Position numbers and translations under genes: made by a program
Shown: positions 20,074 through 30,745 of the stretch, one piece after another
Numbering within the stretch: position 1 is the stretch's first letter
Layout: each line of letters starts with the position of its first letter
Notes under the pieces: generated by a model
Told to the model about the DNA's origin: nothing
Databases searched by the model: none
The model's input: only the letters and a program-made list of their open reading frames with translations
Origin: an uncultured Phycisphaerales bacterium
GTDB lineage: Bacteria > Planctomycetota > Phycisphaerae > Sedimentisphaerales > Anaerobacaceae
Length of the DNA stretch: 64,000 nt
Direction of reading: 5' to 3'
Assembly: GCA_963718665.1 (NCBI GenBank)
Contig: OY970359.1
Span: 2,368,001-2,432,000 of the forward strand

Positions 20074-20284
20074 TGGAGTATTTTGCCTGTGCCGATGACG
20101 AGCCGTTTTCGGTAAGAATGGGAGTTGTAAAGGGCCGACTCAGTGCCTTTAACAGAATAAAGGCCCTTGTGAAGTTGCGGTAATCTTAACTCGTCCCGGC
20201 AAAGCGAGCCATAGCCGGATTTGTGCTGCAAATATGTCTTCACGCATGTGATTAGCCAATCCCTGGTTGGGCGCAAGCCCCAGC

Positions 20285-23200
20285 TTACATAAGCGTAATC
20301 TGCCTAATCTGGCTGTAGCCAGCGAACGCCACGCCGAAATCAACGGTGCCAAAACTTGCCGTAATATTCGTATTCCTTATCGTCAGCATGAAAGAACATT
20401 TATTGAAATCGAAACTGGCCATTGCAATGCCCCCTTCTGTCACTTCAGCTTTTGAGCAGGTGAATTTGCCCTTCCCAGCTTTGAGCTCGTTCGTAGGTAT
20501 GGTAAAGGTCTGTGTGCCCAAAATGACGACAAGGCCCTCGCTGACCCTATTTGCCATGTCCACATCTGTATCTTCAACCGTAAAGCTGCCTTTGACCAAC
20601 AACTGGTCGGTGTTAGGTTTCTTATTGCCTGGCTTAACCTGACACTTGTCGACTTTTAAGGAGTATTTGACTCCCATCAGCAGGATTATTGGTATCGGCT
20701 TATTTTGGCCGTTGACTATCGTTTCGTTGACTTTGGCTGTTCCGATGTAATCACCAACATTTATATCGAAAGTCAGCGGGCAATCAAGGCCCAACAGGTT
20801 GACGTTATTCGCCGCAGAGACAAAACTGTGGGTCTTAACGTCATATTTGAAAGACTTCTTTACTCCGTTCTCTGTGCCTGAATAACTGTATTTGTCCTTC
20901 TTAAGGGTCTTGCTGTTAATAGCGAAGGTTAGAACACAGGGATTAACCATATCATTTGAGTCGACGGTGACCTCGATAACAGTGGCATCGTTGAAGTTGT
21001 CGGCGGTTGCGTCTATCTTGCCTGAAATGGAAATTTTGTCACTATTGTCCTTGCTGCCTGCGATGATAGTGCATTTGGTAACTTGGATGCTGCTACTAAC
21101 GCTGCCTCCGACAATGAACTGTGTGAAGTGGGTTGTCTTGAAGCGAATGGCATACAGGGTGGGAGATATCGCAATGGTCTCAACATTGGTTATGCCCTGT
21201 TGACTGAGCGCGTCAGCCAGCGTGTTATACCAGTATGCAAAAGCCGGGTTGTTAGAGGCGGAGACGCTGTATGGTATGATAATTGTGACGGGCTGGTTAA
21301 AATCCGTTCCGCTCGGGCCAAACTCATAAGGGAAAGTGAAAAGCGACACCGGAAGTTTTGGCGGGTTCTCTACCTTTGAGATCGTGATGTTCAACTCACA
21401 AGGATACGCTCCCGCCGGTACTACTATGGAAATGTCGTTCATGCCGGTTATGTTTGCCGGCTCGGTACCTATGATTGCGTCTGAGGCAGGAGAAACATTT
21501 TGAGAGGCCAGCGCATTAGAATGCACGAAAGTACTCCCGGCATAGTAGATATCAGTATTCTGGTTTCTGTCATCCACCCACACAAGATATGGATACCCGT
21601 ATCTATCTACTCCTATCACAGGGGCGGATTGATTTGAGCTTGTAGCATTATTACCCACGAAGATATTCGTTTCTTTGCCGTGGTTGACATCTACAAAGTA
21701 CAAATTTGTTTTACCACTTTTAACGATATTTCGCATATCCTGCCAGCAGGCGAAAACCCTTAAGCCGGCACCGGTACTACCAGTGGTGATAATCACTGGC
21801 GTTAGCTGGTCGGCGCCCGAGTTGTCATCGACAATATTTCTTCCAGCTAAAGAAGTTTCCGGCAAACCGTTCGACGCCGCATAGTATATGTCCTTGTTGC
21901 CGGCCGTGTCATCGACCCACAACAAGTGCAGAATAGCACCGGTGGCCTCTGTGGCGATTGCAGGATTTGTCTGGTTCCCTGGCTTGGTTACAATCGGCAC
22001 GTTAGCCCAGGGCCCGTTATTCGATGCCGCTCCGTAAATGTCGCTTGAACCATTTCTCGAGTCCGCCCACACGACATAGACGGTATTGGCGGAATCCACC
22101 GCGATGGCCGGCTTAATATGGTCGGAACTGTCGGAGGTTATTCTTGAAGTTGTCTCGGTTGCAAAACCATCGCTTGAACTTGCTATATAGATTTCCTGAT
22201 TGCCCGTTCGGTCATCCTGCCAGGCGATATATGCTTTCGGAGGTATGGAATGGTCGACGGCTATAACGGGATTAACCGCGTTGTTATCGGAATCCGTTAC
22301 TTTTGTTTCGGTGGACCAGTTTATTCCGTCAACCGAAGTTGACATGTAGATATCCCATTTTTTTAGTCGATTGTCCTGCCACGCCAGGTACAATTTGTTA
22401 TAAGCATCTATTGCGAGGGCAGCATTACACCTATCGCTTTGGTTATTTGCCTCTCGAACGCTAGCGCCAAAATTATCTGCACCTGCAGGGAGTTTGCCAA
22501 CGTAAATCCCCCTTCTCATGCCGCTGCTGCTTACCGCCCCCGCGTGCCACGCTACCCAAATATTTCCCGCGCTATCTCGCACAGTTGCAGGATGCCCCTT
22601 ACTGAGATTATTCGAGCTGGAGTTAACCATTTTATTCTCGCCGAACGAACGCGTCTCGGTTGCGAAGGAATAAGAATACTGGCTCATTGCGTTGCCTGCG
22701 AGGTCCTGGGCATTTACCACAACACTTACTTTCTGGTCGTAATCAAAGGTGGTGTTTGGCTGGTAGATAAATGTATAATCGGCCTTGGCACCTGTTCTGT
22801 GGCAACAGCCGTACGGGCTGTTGTAGTCGGCTGTGTCGCCCGTATACACTATGTTGTCGTTGACTTTGATTGTTACTGAATTGGCATCGACCCCTTCGCC
22901 ATTATCCGTAACGTGCAGGATTATCAGTCTGTCTAACGGTATCTGGATTGAGTCGGCGGCGGGAGACAAGCCGCTGACGGTTGGTGCAGACGTATCGGTG
23001 CTATAAACGGTTATCGTTATTGTTTCAGAATCCTGAAGCTGGCCGTCGCTTGCGATAAAGGTAACATGGTAAGTGCCCGCCTGGTTTGGGGCTGGTGTCC
23101 ATCTGAAGCTTTGGCTGGCGAAGGTGGCGCCGATGGGCAAACCTGTGGCTGAATAAGTTATCGTATTACCATCGGGATCGGTTGCATTTACACCGAAAGC

Positions 23201-25861
23201 TAAAAGGTTGTTTGTATAAACCGATTTATCACCAATTGTGGACAGGACAGGAGCTCGGTTTACGTTATTTACGGTGATGGTGATTGTATTTGAATCCTGT
23301 GCCTTGCCGTCACTCGCGATGAAAGTGACCTGATATGACCCTGCTTGGTTGTAATTAGGCGTCCAGCTAAAGGTTTGGCCGACAAATGTTGCGCCGCTCG
23401 GCAGATTCTGTGCTGAGTATGTAATGGGGTCGCCATCGGCATCGGTGGCACTGATTGAAAAACTTAAAGTGCTGTTTTCATTAACCGACTTATTGCCAAT
23501 AGCCGCAAGTACTGGCGGCTGATTAATACTACCTATTACGCTTACTGGGCTTACTGTGATAGTGATTGTATTTGAATCCTTTGCATTGCCGTCACTCGCG
23601 ATGAAGGTGACCTGATATGACCCGGCCTGGTTGGAATCAGTCGTCCAGCTAAAGGTCTGGCCGACAAACGTTGCGCCGCTCGGCAGATTCTGTGCTGAGT
23701 ATGTAATGGGGTTGCCATCGGCATCGGTGGCACTGATTGAAAAACTTAAAGTGCTGTTTTCATTAACCGACTTATTGCCAATGGGCGCAAGTACTGGCGG
23801 CTGGTTCACGTTATTTACTGTGATCGCGTTATTTACTGTGATAGTGATTGTATTTGAATCCTGCAGCCAGCCATCACTCGCGATAAAGGTGACCTGATAT
23901 GACCCTGCTGGGTTGTAATTAGGATTAGGTGTCCAGCTAAAGGTTTGGCCGACAAACGTTGCGCCGCTCGGCAGATTCTGTGCTGAGTACGTGATTGTGT
24001 CGCCGTCGGCATCGGTCGCGGTAACAGTAAAGCTCAAAGGAGAATTCTCATCGACCGCCTTATTTCCGATTGCTCCCAAAACAGGTGCATGGTTATTTGG
24101 ATGCCAAACATTTCCATAATTGGCACGATATGTATCCCACATCGAGCAAACCCAGCTACTCTCATAGCACCTATATTGTACTTCTGTTTTCATAAATCTG
24201 TCTTGATAATCAAAGAGCGCATTATGATTCCACAATGTTTTGGCGTTCATAATATGTGCCGCTAATACCCATCCTGTCCAAGTGGTAGCAGTACAACAGC
24301 TTCGATAGTCAGCATCCCAGTTTTTGCCATCATAATTTGGTATCATAGAGTGCCGGATACCCCATTCAGGAAGCCCTATATCGCTGGAAATGTATTCTTC
24401 TTCTTCCTGTGTGTTTGCTGTATTACCGTGACCATAGTACACAAAATCTGAAATAATATGTGTAAGACCGGAATAAACTGTTCCATTTGGATCGGCAGGA
24501 TAACCACGATAGGGAACTGTTAATGTCAATGCCGTATTACTATCAATCGAAGATATATTATACGCCGCACCATTTGGGTCATATCCTTCTGCATCTACTG
24601 CACCAAACATCTTGGCATATGTCGGGTTGATAGTTTTCCATGCTGTTCCTGACCCCACAACGTTTGTACTCCCTTTAGTGCAAGTCGCCGTTCCAACGGT
24701 AGTTGGAGTATGATACCCATATATCGTATATGGTGCAGTATATACATCCGCGGCACTGACGTAGAATGTCTGGTCGTCTTCGCCAAAATGAATATAATCT
24801 GGGGGTGGGTTACCTGCCCCATATCCACCTGTGTAAATATAATCCCCGGACTTATTGCCGATTGCCGTCATATTGGCATCGTTAAGCATAATACCGGCAA
24901 AGAGAATCGGCCATTTTCGACCGCTTTCGTGACCACCATCTGCAGACCAAATAGATAGACCCCCTGCTTCTATAATACCATAGTTGTCTATACCAAGCTG
25001 AACAAACCAAGTCAGTAGTATTGCTTTTTGCGCATTAGTATAATTCAGTTGTAGTTGTAAGGCACCAATACCAACCTCATTGGACATTTCTCGCCCGTAG
25101 GCAGGCATATCCAAATAGGGGGCTATAAACTCGCAAGTATAACCAGCTACGTGGTCAATCCAAGGCCGTTCAAAATATGCTTCAACGGTTGCTAATGTAG
25201 GCGGACTGCCAGCAGGAACAAGAGTTCCTAAAAGCGACAGTTGGTCACTCAGGTCAGAAACATTGTGCCTAATTGTCTTATCTGTACCGCAATACGAAGG
25301 TCTGAATGAGTTGGTATCAGGTGCAGAAGAAACAACTGTTAGTATTGCTGCTGTAAGAACCATAGCATAATCGGAGCCGCCAGTGTTTGTCCTTGATATC
25401 GTAGAGACAAGCGAACTGTTAACAGGAACTGCCAAGGGATTAGAGGGACTAATACCGAACGCCACATTCAAACCGGATGTCCAATAAGGTGCTGTACTTA
25501 CATAGCCCTGGCTGGCACCGGGAACTGGATTTATCATTGACCCGTTAATGGTTACACCCGCAGGGAAGATATATCCATTCTGAACATAAGTTCCTGTGGT
25601 AGTGAATGAGCATGGGTCAAATCCGATTATGTTTACTGGCCCGACAACCCAATAATCGCCATTGGCAAACTGACCGTAAGGGTAATTTGCATCAAATGTC
25701 CAAGTAATACCAAACTGGGTTATTGAATTAGCCTGAGCAGCAAAGCCCCTGCTCGTCAGGGCAGCATTAATTATCAATAGCAGACAGACCAATATGCGTA
25801 TAAGCGGGTGAAAGGGCCTGCTCACCGGTAACAAAGCATAAAATGCTGTTATAATTCTCAT
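20285..25861 (-). CDS. Large secreted multidomain protein (1858 aa): unknown N-terminal domain, four Ig/cadherin-like repeats, beta-propeller-like region, shared C-terminal domain
   Basis: Signal peptide; N.PPVL..IG...ATD.DG..ITYS...LP.GA repeats; recurring YxxWxDxR.G..DIY blades. Confidence 0.85.
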   Translation of the reverse strand: MRIITAFYALLPVSRPFHPLIRILVCLLLIINAALTSRGFAAQANSITQFGITWTFDANYPYGQFANGDYWVVGPVNIIGFDPCSFTTTGTYVQNGYIFPAGVTINGSMINPVPGASQGYVSTAPYWTSGLNVAFGISPSNPLAVPVNSSLVSTISRTNTGGSDYAMVLTAAILTVVSSAPDTNSFRPSYCGTDKTIRHNVSDLSDQLSLLGTLVPAGSPPTLATVEAYFERPWIDHVAGYTCEFIAPYLDMPAYGREMSNEVGIGALQLQLNYTNAQKAILLTWFVQLGIDNYGIIEAGGLSIWSADGGHESGRKWPILFAGIMLNDANMTAIGNKSGDYIYTGGYGAGNPPPDYIHFGEDDQTFYVSAADVYTAPYTIYGYHTPTTVGTATCTKGSTNVVGSGTAWKTINPTYAKMFGAVDAEGYDPNGAAYNISSIDSNTALTLTVPYRGYPADPNGTVYSGLTHIISDFVYYGHGNTANTQEEEEYISSDIGLPEWGIRHSMIPNYDGKNWDADYRSCCTATTWTGWVLAAHIMNAKTLWNHNALFDYQDRFMKTEVQYRCYESSWVCSMWDTYRANYGNVWHPNNHAPVLGAIGNKAVDENSPLSFTVTATDADGDTITYSAQNLPSGATFVGQTFSWTPNPNYNPAGSYQVTFIASDGWLQDSNTITITVNNAITVNNVNQPPVLAPIGNKSVNENSTLSFSISATDADGNPITYSAQNLPSGATFVGQTFSWTTDSNQAGSYQVTFIASDGNAKDSNTITITVSPVSVIGSINQPPVLAAIGNKSVNENSTLSFSISATDADGDPITYSAQNLPSGATFVGQTFSWTPNYNQAGSYQVTFIASDGKAQDSNTITITVNNVNRAPVLSTIGDKSVYTNNLLAFGVNATDPDGNTITYSATGLPIGATFASQSFRWTPAPNQAGTYHVTFIASDGQLQDSETITITVYSTDTSAPTVSGLSPAADSIQIPLDRLIILHVTDNGEGVDANSVTIKVNDNIVYTGDTADYNSPYGCCHRTGAKADYTFIYQPNTTFDYDQKVSVVVNAQDLAGNAMSQYSYSFATETRSFGENKMVNSSSNNLSKGHPATVRDSAGNIWVAWHAGAVSSSGMRRGIYVGKLPAGADNFGASVREANNQSDRCNAALAIDAYNKLYLAWQDNRLKKWDIYMSTSVDGINWSTETKVTDSDNNAVNPVIAVDHSIPPKAYIAWQDDRTGNQEIYIASSSDGFATETTSRITSDSSDHIKPAIAVDSANTVYVVWADSRNGSSDIYGAASNNGPWANVPIVTKPGNQTNPAIATEATGAILHLLWVDDTAGNKDIYYAASNGLPETSLAGRNIVDDNSGADQLTPVIITTGSTGAGLRVFACWQDMRNIVKSGKTNLYFVDVNHGKETNIFVGNNATSSNQSAPVIGVDRYGYPYLVWVDDRNQNTDIYYAGSTFVHSNALASQNVSPASDAIIGTEPANITGMNDISIVVPAGAYPCELNITISKVENPPKLPVSLFTFPYEFGPSGTDFNQPVTIIIPYSVSASNNPAFAYWYNTLADALSQQGITNVETIAISPTLYAIRFKTTHFTQFIVGGSVSSSIQVTKCTIIAGSKDNSDKISISGKIDATADNFNDATVIEVTVDSNDMVNPCVLTFAINSKTLKKDKYSYSGTENGVKKSFKYDVKTHSFVSAANNVNLLGLDCPLTFDINVGDYIGTAKVNETIVNGQNKPIPIILLMGVKYSLKVDKCQVKPGNKKPNTDQLLVKGSFTVEDTDVDMANRVSEGLVVILGTQTFTIPTNELKAGKGKFTCSKAEVTEGGIAMASFDFNKCSFMLTIRNTNITASFGTVDFGVAFAGYSQIRQITLM
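23007..24095 (-). repeat. Four intragenic Ig-like domain repeats (three near-identical at DNA level)
   Basis: GTTGCGCCGCTCGGCAGATTCTGTGCTGAG recurs near 23390, 23670 and 23960. Confidence 0.9.
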
Positions 25862-26266
25862 TACCAGCCCTCCTCAATCAAAAAACAGTTCGTGAGAGCC
25901 AGTTCTTAAAATAGTGCATAATCTTAAATCTGGCCTTACGCAACTGCAACTTTATTTTTTGCTCACGTAGCACAATATAAATAATAAGAATAAACAGCCA
26001 GGAAGCAAAACAGGTCGAATGAAACTAAAAGTTATGTGAGACGCACTTGATACGATTGTTCAATATCAGGGGGGGTAAATGCATCGGAAATCGCCTATCT
26101 GCGGCCCCGAGGTGCGGCTGTCTCCCATTGTCCAACCCCAAACGCTATTTTTTGAGGTTTTATAGGACGTTATTTTAGGGCCTGAACACTGAGTTTATAG
26201 GTGTTCTGTGGTGTTTTTATAGCAACCTTGGGTTAACTATTTGTTGTACTATGGAGGGGAATAGCC

Positions 26267-26294
26267 TTGACAAATGGTAAATAACTGTTACTAT
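26267..26294 (+). promoter_or_regulatory. Sigma70 promoter of the EPS/exosortase gene cluster
   Basis: TTGACA-16 nt-TACTAT with TGn extended -10. Confidence 0.65.
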
Positions 26295-26519
26295 TTGAAT
26301 AACCGCTTAATTTGCAGCGGTCGTGTTCAGGGACGAAGAGATCAGCATTTTTGACCCCACGGAGTTGGGTTAAATGTAATTCAGTGCGAAAACTGTAACC
26401 CGAGGGAAGTTGATTTTAGGACGGAACACCAGCTTGAGAGGCGACGGTCGCCTTAATTTTTTGTCTGGCAATTTATACTTTAGGGTTACGCGTTAAGTGG
26501 TAGTCGAAAAGGGAGTATT

Positions 26520-27314
26520 ATGGAACCGGGAACCGGTGTTCCAAGGGGCCTAAGTGTTCTCTACGGTAGTGACTATGAAAAGTCATGGAAACTATCGACG
26601 TGGGTACTTTGGGCATTGGCTGTAATCACAATTATAGTTTCAGGTGTGGGCTACCGCGTTTTGGCTAATCGGTTCAAACTAATTAATGTTCCAATCAAAC
26701 TACCGGTTCCATTGAGTGCATTTCCCATTCAAATTGGCAACTGGGTAGGTAGCGAGTTGACCATTCCGGCCACTACCAGAGAGTATATGGAAGAAAATTT
26801 TGCAGATGATTTTTTCAGCCGAAGATATGTTAATTCCGCTGAAGGTATCTGGGCGGATGTTTATATGGTGTATTGTTCAAGCCGGCCTAGCGGCATACTT
26901 GGGCACCGGCCCGGTGTATGCTACCCGGCGAACGGCTGGCAGCACCAGAATACCGAAAGGTCGCAACTCGTCTCAAAAGCCGGGCTTCAGGTTGACTGTC
27001 TCGTGGAGCGGTTCCGGAAAAATACGTTGGCACTCGATGAAGTCGTTGTTATGAGTTTTTATGTCCGCAATGGTCGTATTACAGCAGATGAAGGCGATTT
27101 ATCGGGGGTGTTTGGTCGCATATTTAATATTGCCAGAGACCCAAGTCGTTACGTGGCTCAGGTGCAGATAAGCTCTGTGCTGGAAAGTTCGGTTAGAAAG
27201 GCCGCGCATGACATAATAGACCGCGCAGTTGATTTTCTGCCCGACGAGAACGGTAAAATCAGAGCAGCAGGATTTATACAGCATTCTGGCGTTAACGTCA
27301 AAAGTACCGAGTAA
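26520..27314 (+). CDS. epsI: Exosortase-associated EpsI-family protein
   Basis: Single TM then PLSAFPIQIGNWVG, R.Y, GHRPGVCYPANGW motif. Confidence 0.8.
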   Translation: MEPGTGVPRGLSVLYGSDYEKSWKLSTWVLWALAVITIIVSGVGYRVLANRFKLINVPIKLPVPLSAFPIQIGNWVGSELTIPATTREYMEENFADDFFSRRYVNSAEGIWADVYMVYCSSRPSGILGHRPGVCYPANGWQHQNTERSQLVSKAGLQVDCLVERFRKNTLALDEVVVMSFYVRNGRITADEGDLSGVFGRIFNIARDPSRYVAQVQISSVLESSVRKAAHDIIDRAVDFLPDENGKIRAAGFIQHSGVNVKSTE

Positions 27315-27653
27315 CAAAGACATTCCTGGCTGTAGAACGCCGGGTAACGTATTGTGCGTCAAAAGGTTACGTCGATTTTTCCAATGTAACCCACGGGGAC
27401 GGAGTGTGTCAGGGCTTTGAATAATATGCCGAGATTTGTCAGCCAATTGCAGAATTATCATAAGTATATACATTACAGGATAGATTTATCATTGAACCAT
27501 ATTTAGTCCATGTACCGCTTCTCTGATCTGTGTACAATGTTGAATGAACTATTGAGTGGCTAAAATGAATTTTTAGAGGAACTTAAAGCTTTGCGAATGA
27601 ATTACTGGTTACTGAAAGCTGTTGGCGAAGACGACCAATCGGCTTGATCGCCG

Positions 27654-28913
27654 ATGAAGACGGAGTCTGTTGTTTTGAGCAGTTTGCGTAATAAATTAAT
27701 AAAAGGCACCATATGGAATTCGATTGCCCAATTTGGCACAGTAGGGTTCAATTTCGTCCTGACTTTCATTCTCGCCCGATTGTTATCTCCTGAAGATTAT
27801 GGCCTTCTTGGCATGGTTACTGTAATTACTGGATTTCTTGGTTATTTTTCTGAGTTTGGGATGATTGACAGTCTGGTAAGAAAACAAAACCACGATGAGC
27901 TGGATGAGAATACAGTGTTTTGGGGCGGAATATTCTTTTCGGTTATTATATACATTTTGATATATATTATATCACCATATATTTCGCTGTTTTATGATAA
28001 GCAAGAATTGACTTCAATAAGCCGCTGCGCCTCATTAGTTTTTATTATTGGCTCATATGGAATTGTTCCACTGGCTCTGCAATTCAAAGAACTGAATTAT
28101 CGAGCTATTTCGATTGTATCTTTGATTAGTCTTTTTATTTCCGGTATTATTGCGATATTGCTGGCATACAAAGGTTTGGGGGTCTGGACGCTGGTTATCC
28201 AATTACTCGTTCAGACTCTTGTATCTTCAGTGGGTTATTTTCTATTTATTCCATGGCGGCCGCGATTTAAGTTTTCGATCATACGATTTAGAGAATTGCT
28301 CGAATTTGGTTTACACCGTACTTTTAATAATCTTATTAAGTTTTTCTCAGAAAATATCGATCGGTTACTCATTGGAAAGATTCTTGGTTCCGTCCCGCTT
28401 GGCTATTACACGATGGCTTTCCGATTGATAAGGTTTCCAGCTGAGAAGTTTACATCCATATTTGGTAAGATGCTGTTTCCGGCTTTTGCCCGGATGCAAA
28501 ATGATACGGGCCGCATGCGGAGGAATTATCTTAAAGTAACAATTTTGGGCGGGCTGATAATTCTGCCTTTTGTTATTATTCTTTTGTTTGCAACAGAGCC
28601 ATTAATACGCTGGACGATAGGAGAAAAATGGATGCCGATTTGCGGCTTGGTTAGGATTCTTGCTATTTATTTGCTGATATTTTCAATTTCTTTAGCAGAT
28701 GAACCTATTGTATTGCTTCTTGGAGTAAAATTTCTTAATTTTATGAAGCTTCTTCAGTCGATTTTGCTTTTAGGGGCAGGTTTTTATATTGTGAAAGAGT
28801 ACAATATTGCCGGAATGGCTTGGCTGTATAGTGCTTGCTATTTATTGTATATTATTACTCTCAAAATAAAGCTGTATAGAATATTGGTTTACAAACAACA
28901 AACTAACAATTGA
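27654..28913 (+). CDS. wzx: Wzx-type polysaccharide flippase
   Basis: LARLLSPEDYGL, GLGVWTLV, DRLLIGK.LG...LGYY, multiple TM segments. Confidence 0.9.
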   Translation: MKTESVVLSSLRNKLIKGTIWNSIAQFGTVGFNFVLTFILARLLSPEDYGLLGMVTVITGFLGYFSEFGMIDSLVRKQNHDELDENTVFWGGIFFSVIIYILIYIISPYISLFYDKQELTSISRCASLVFIIGSYGIVPLALQFKELNYRAISIVSLISLFISGIIAILLAYKGLGVWTLVIQLLVQTLVSSVGYFLFIPWRPRFKFSIIRFRELLEFGLHRTFNNLIKFFSENIDRLLIGKILGSVPLGYYTMAFRLIRFPAEKFTSIFGKMLFPAFARMQNDTGRMRRNYLKVTILGGLIILPFVIILLFATEPLIRWTIGEKWMPICGLVRILAIYLLIFSISLADEPIVLLLGVKFLNFMKLLQSILLLGAGFYIVKEYNIAGMAWLYSACYLLYIITLKIKLYRILVYKQQTNN

Positions 28914-28972
28914 AAATAATAGATTAGTGTATTATTTATAGGTTAACCCACTGAAAGAAGGATTTATTATTG

Positions 28973-30511
28973 ATGTCATATTCCTGCAGATATTTCCGAG
29001 CCCGTAAAAGAAATAATGCAATTGAAACTGATGGTCTTCAATCATGTGTATTGGGCAATAAATTGTCGTCTGATAACAGTGCTGATTTTAACGGGGTATT
29101 TGTCGAATGGAAATGGGATGGGACATGTTTAAATATCTCAAATGATTACTGCGGCTATTATCCTCTTTTTTATTATGCTGATAAAGAGCAGATTATTGTA
29201 TCAGATTCAATAGTAAAGCTGATTGCACTTGGTGTACCAACTGAATATAACCGGGAAGCTCTTTCAGTATTTTGCCGTTGCGGTTTTTTCCTCTCGGATG
29301 ATACCCCTTTTCGGCAAATTCATACATTACCCCCAAACGCGGCCTTAACCTGGCAAAATGGAAATATGTCTGTAAAAAGCCAGAGAAGGATCAATAAAGC
29401 TGCAGATTTAACTACAGAGCAGGCGGTTGAAGGCTATATTGAATTCTTTAGGCAATCGATGGCTAAATATCAGCCGTATAATGAACAGTTTGCACTGCCC
29501 TTATCGGGCGGCCGTGATTCACGGCAGATTTTGCTTGAACTCTGGCGGACAAAAAAACTGCCCAAAATGCTGGTAACATGCGGCGACAAAAGAGATATAG
29601 ATGTTGCAAAAATTTTTGCAGAACGATTAAAGATAAAACACCAAATCCTGTCAGGTAAAGGAAAATGGACGGATTATGTACTTAGAAAGAACATTGCAAC
29701 TCATTTCTGTGCACTTGAGCATGCCTGGCTTATGGAATTGGGGGATTATTTGTCTGCAACTACTGAGGAGTTTTACGAGGGTACCGGAGTTGGGGCTTTG
29801 GCGCGTGGAGATTTGTTTACACCTGAAAACGTTGCGTTGTACAAGGCCAACCGGCTACGTGATATTGCTAACTGGGTATTCGATAAGTTCGGACCGCCCA
29901 CAGAGTTTTTTGATTGTTTGCCGGAGGAATTTAACTTTTTGGGTAGAACCAGAGATATTTCGGTTGAACTCTTTGCCAATGAACTTGGGACTCTCTTGAC
30001 TGCAGCAAATCCTCTAACGGCGATGAGTTTCTGGAATTGGGGCCGACGGGCAATAGCTCTTTGGCCTTTTGGTATAGCAAGCAGAATTAAAAGAGTAAAT
30101 ACACCCTATCTTGACAGGAATTTATATGATTTTGTTTCTTCCTTTGCCCCAGAGCTGGTTCTCCGGCAGGAGCCGCAAGCAGCGGCAATAAAGAAAGCAT
30201 TTCCGGAATTTGCAGATGTTCCATTCTATAACGAACTGCCGAAAAGCATCTCTAAAAAACGTTCTTTAATAAAAAGGCTTGCAAATTATTCAAATAAATT
30301 ACTAACAATCGCCAGATTATGCCCTTCCCACTTGCCCTTATTATATACAATAAAAGAAAACAGCCTCTTATCGAAGAGAAATATAGGTATGCAGGAAACT
30401 GTATTATTCTATTTATCTCAGTTAAAGTATTGCAGCAGCAAAGAAAATGCAGAACGAACGTTAGCCGAATATTCCACAGTCTATAATAAAAGAAAAAATA
30501 TTTACCACTAA
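28973..30511 (+). CDS. Asparagine-synthetase-related amidotransferase
   Basis: D..GYYPLFY, DTPF..I..LPP, LPLSGGRDSR PP-loop, TPYLD. Confidence 0.8.
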   Translation: MSYSCRYFRARKRNNAIETDGLQSCVLGNKLSSDNSADFNGVFVEWKWDGTCLNISNDYCGYYPLFYYADKEQIIVSDSIVKLIALGVPTEYNREALSVFCRCGFFLSDDTPFRQIHTLPPNAALTWQNGNMSVKSQRRINKAADLTTEQAVEGYIEFFRQSMAKYQPYNEQFALPLSGGRDSRQILLELWRTKKLPKMLVTCGDKRDIDVAKIFAERLKIKHQILSGKGKWTDYVLRKNIATHFCALEHAWLMELGDYLSATTEEFYEGTGVGALARGDLFTPENVALYKANRLRDIANWVFDKFGPPTEFFDCLPEEFNFLGRTRDISVELFANELGTLLTAANPLTAMSFWNWGRRAIALWPFGIASRIKRVNTPYLDRNLYDFVSSFAPELVLRQEPQAAAIKKAFPEFADVPFYNELPKSISKKRSLIKRLANYSNKLLTIARLCPSHLPLLYTIKENSLLSKRNIGMQETVLFYLSQLKYCSSKENAERTLAEYSTVYNKRKNIYH

Positions 30512-30745
30512 AGAAAGAGGTTAGTAGAATATTTGGAGTTTATGATAACAATTAAAAAATCATAAGTTTAATAACAGCTACCATAAATTTTATATGGAAT
30601 GCGCCGCGTTTTCATTCTTTCAGATGGTGTTCGCAAACTCATCGCTGTCAGATGCTGAAAAAGCCGAAGGCAATTCATATCGGTAAAAATTAATAAAAAT
30701 GTATTGATTGAAGGCAGGGTGTATATAATAACTATTTTTTTTGAT

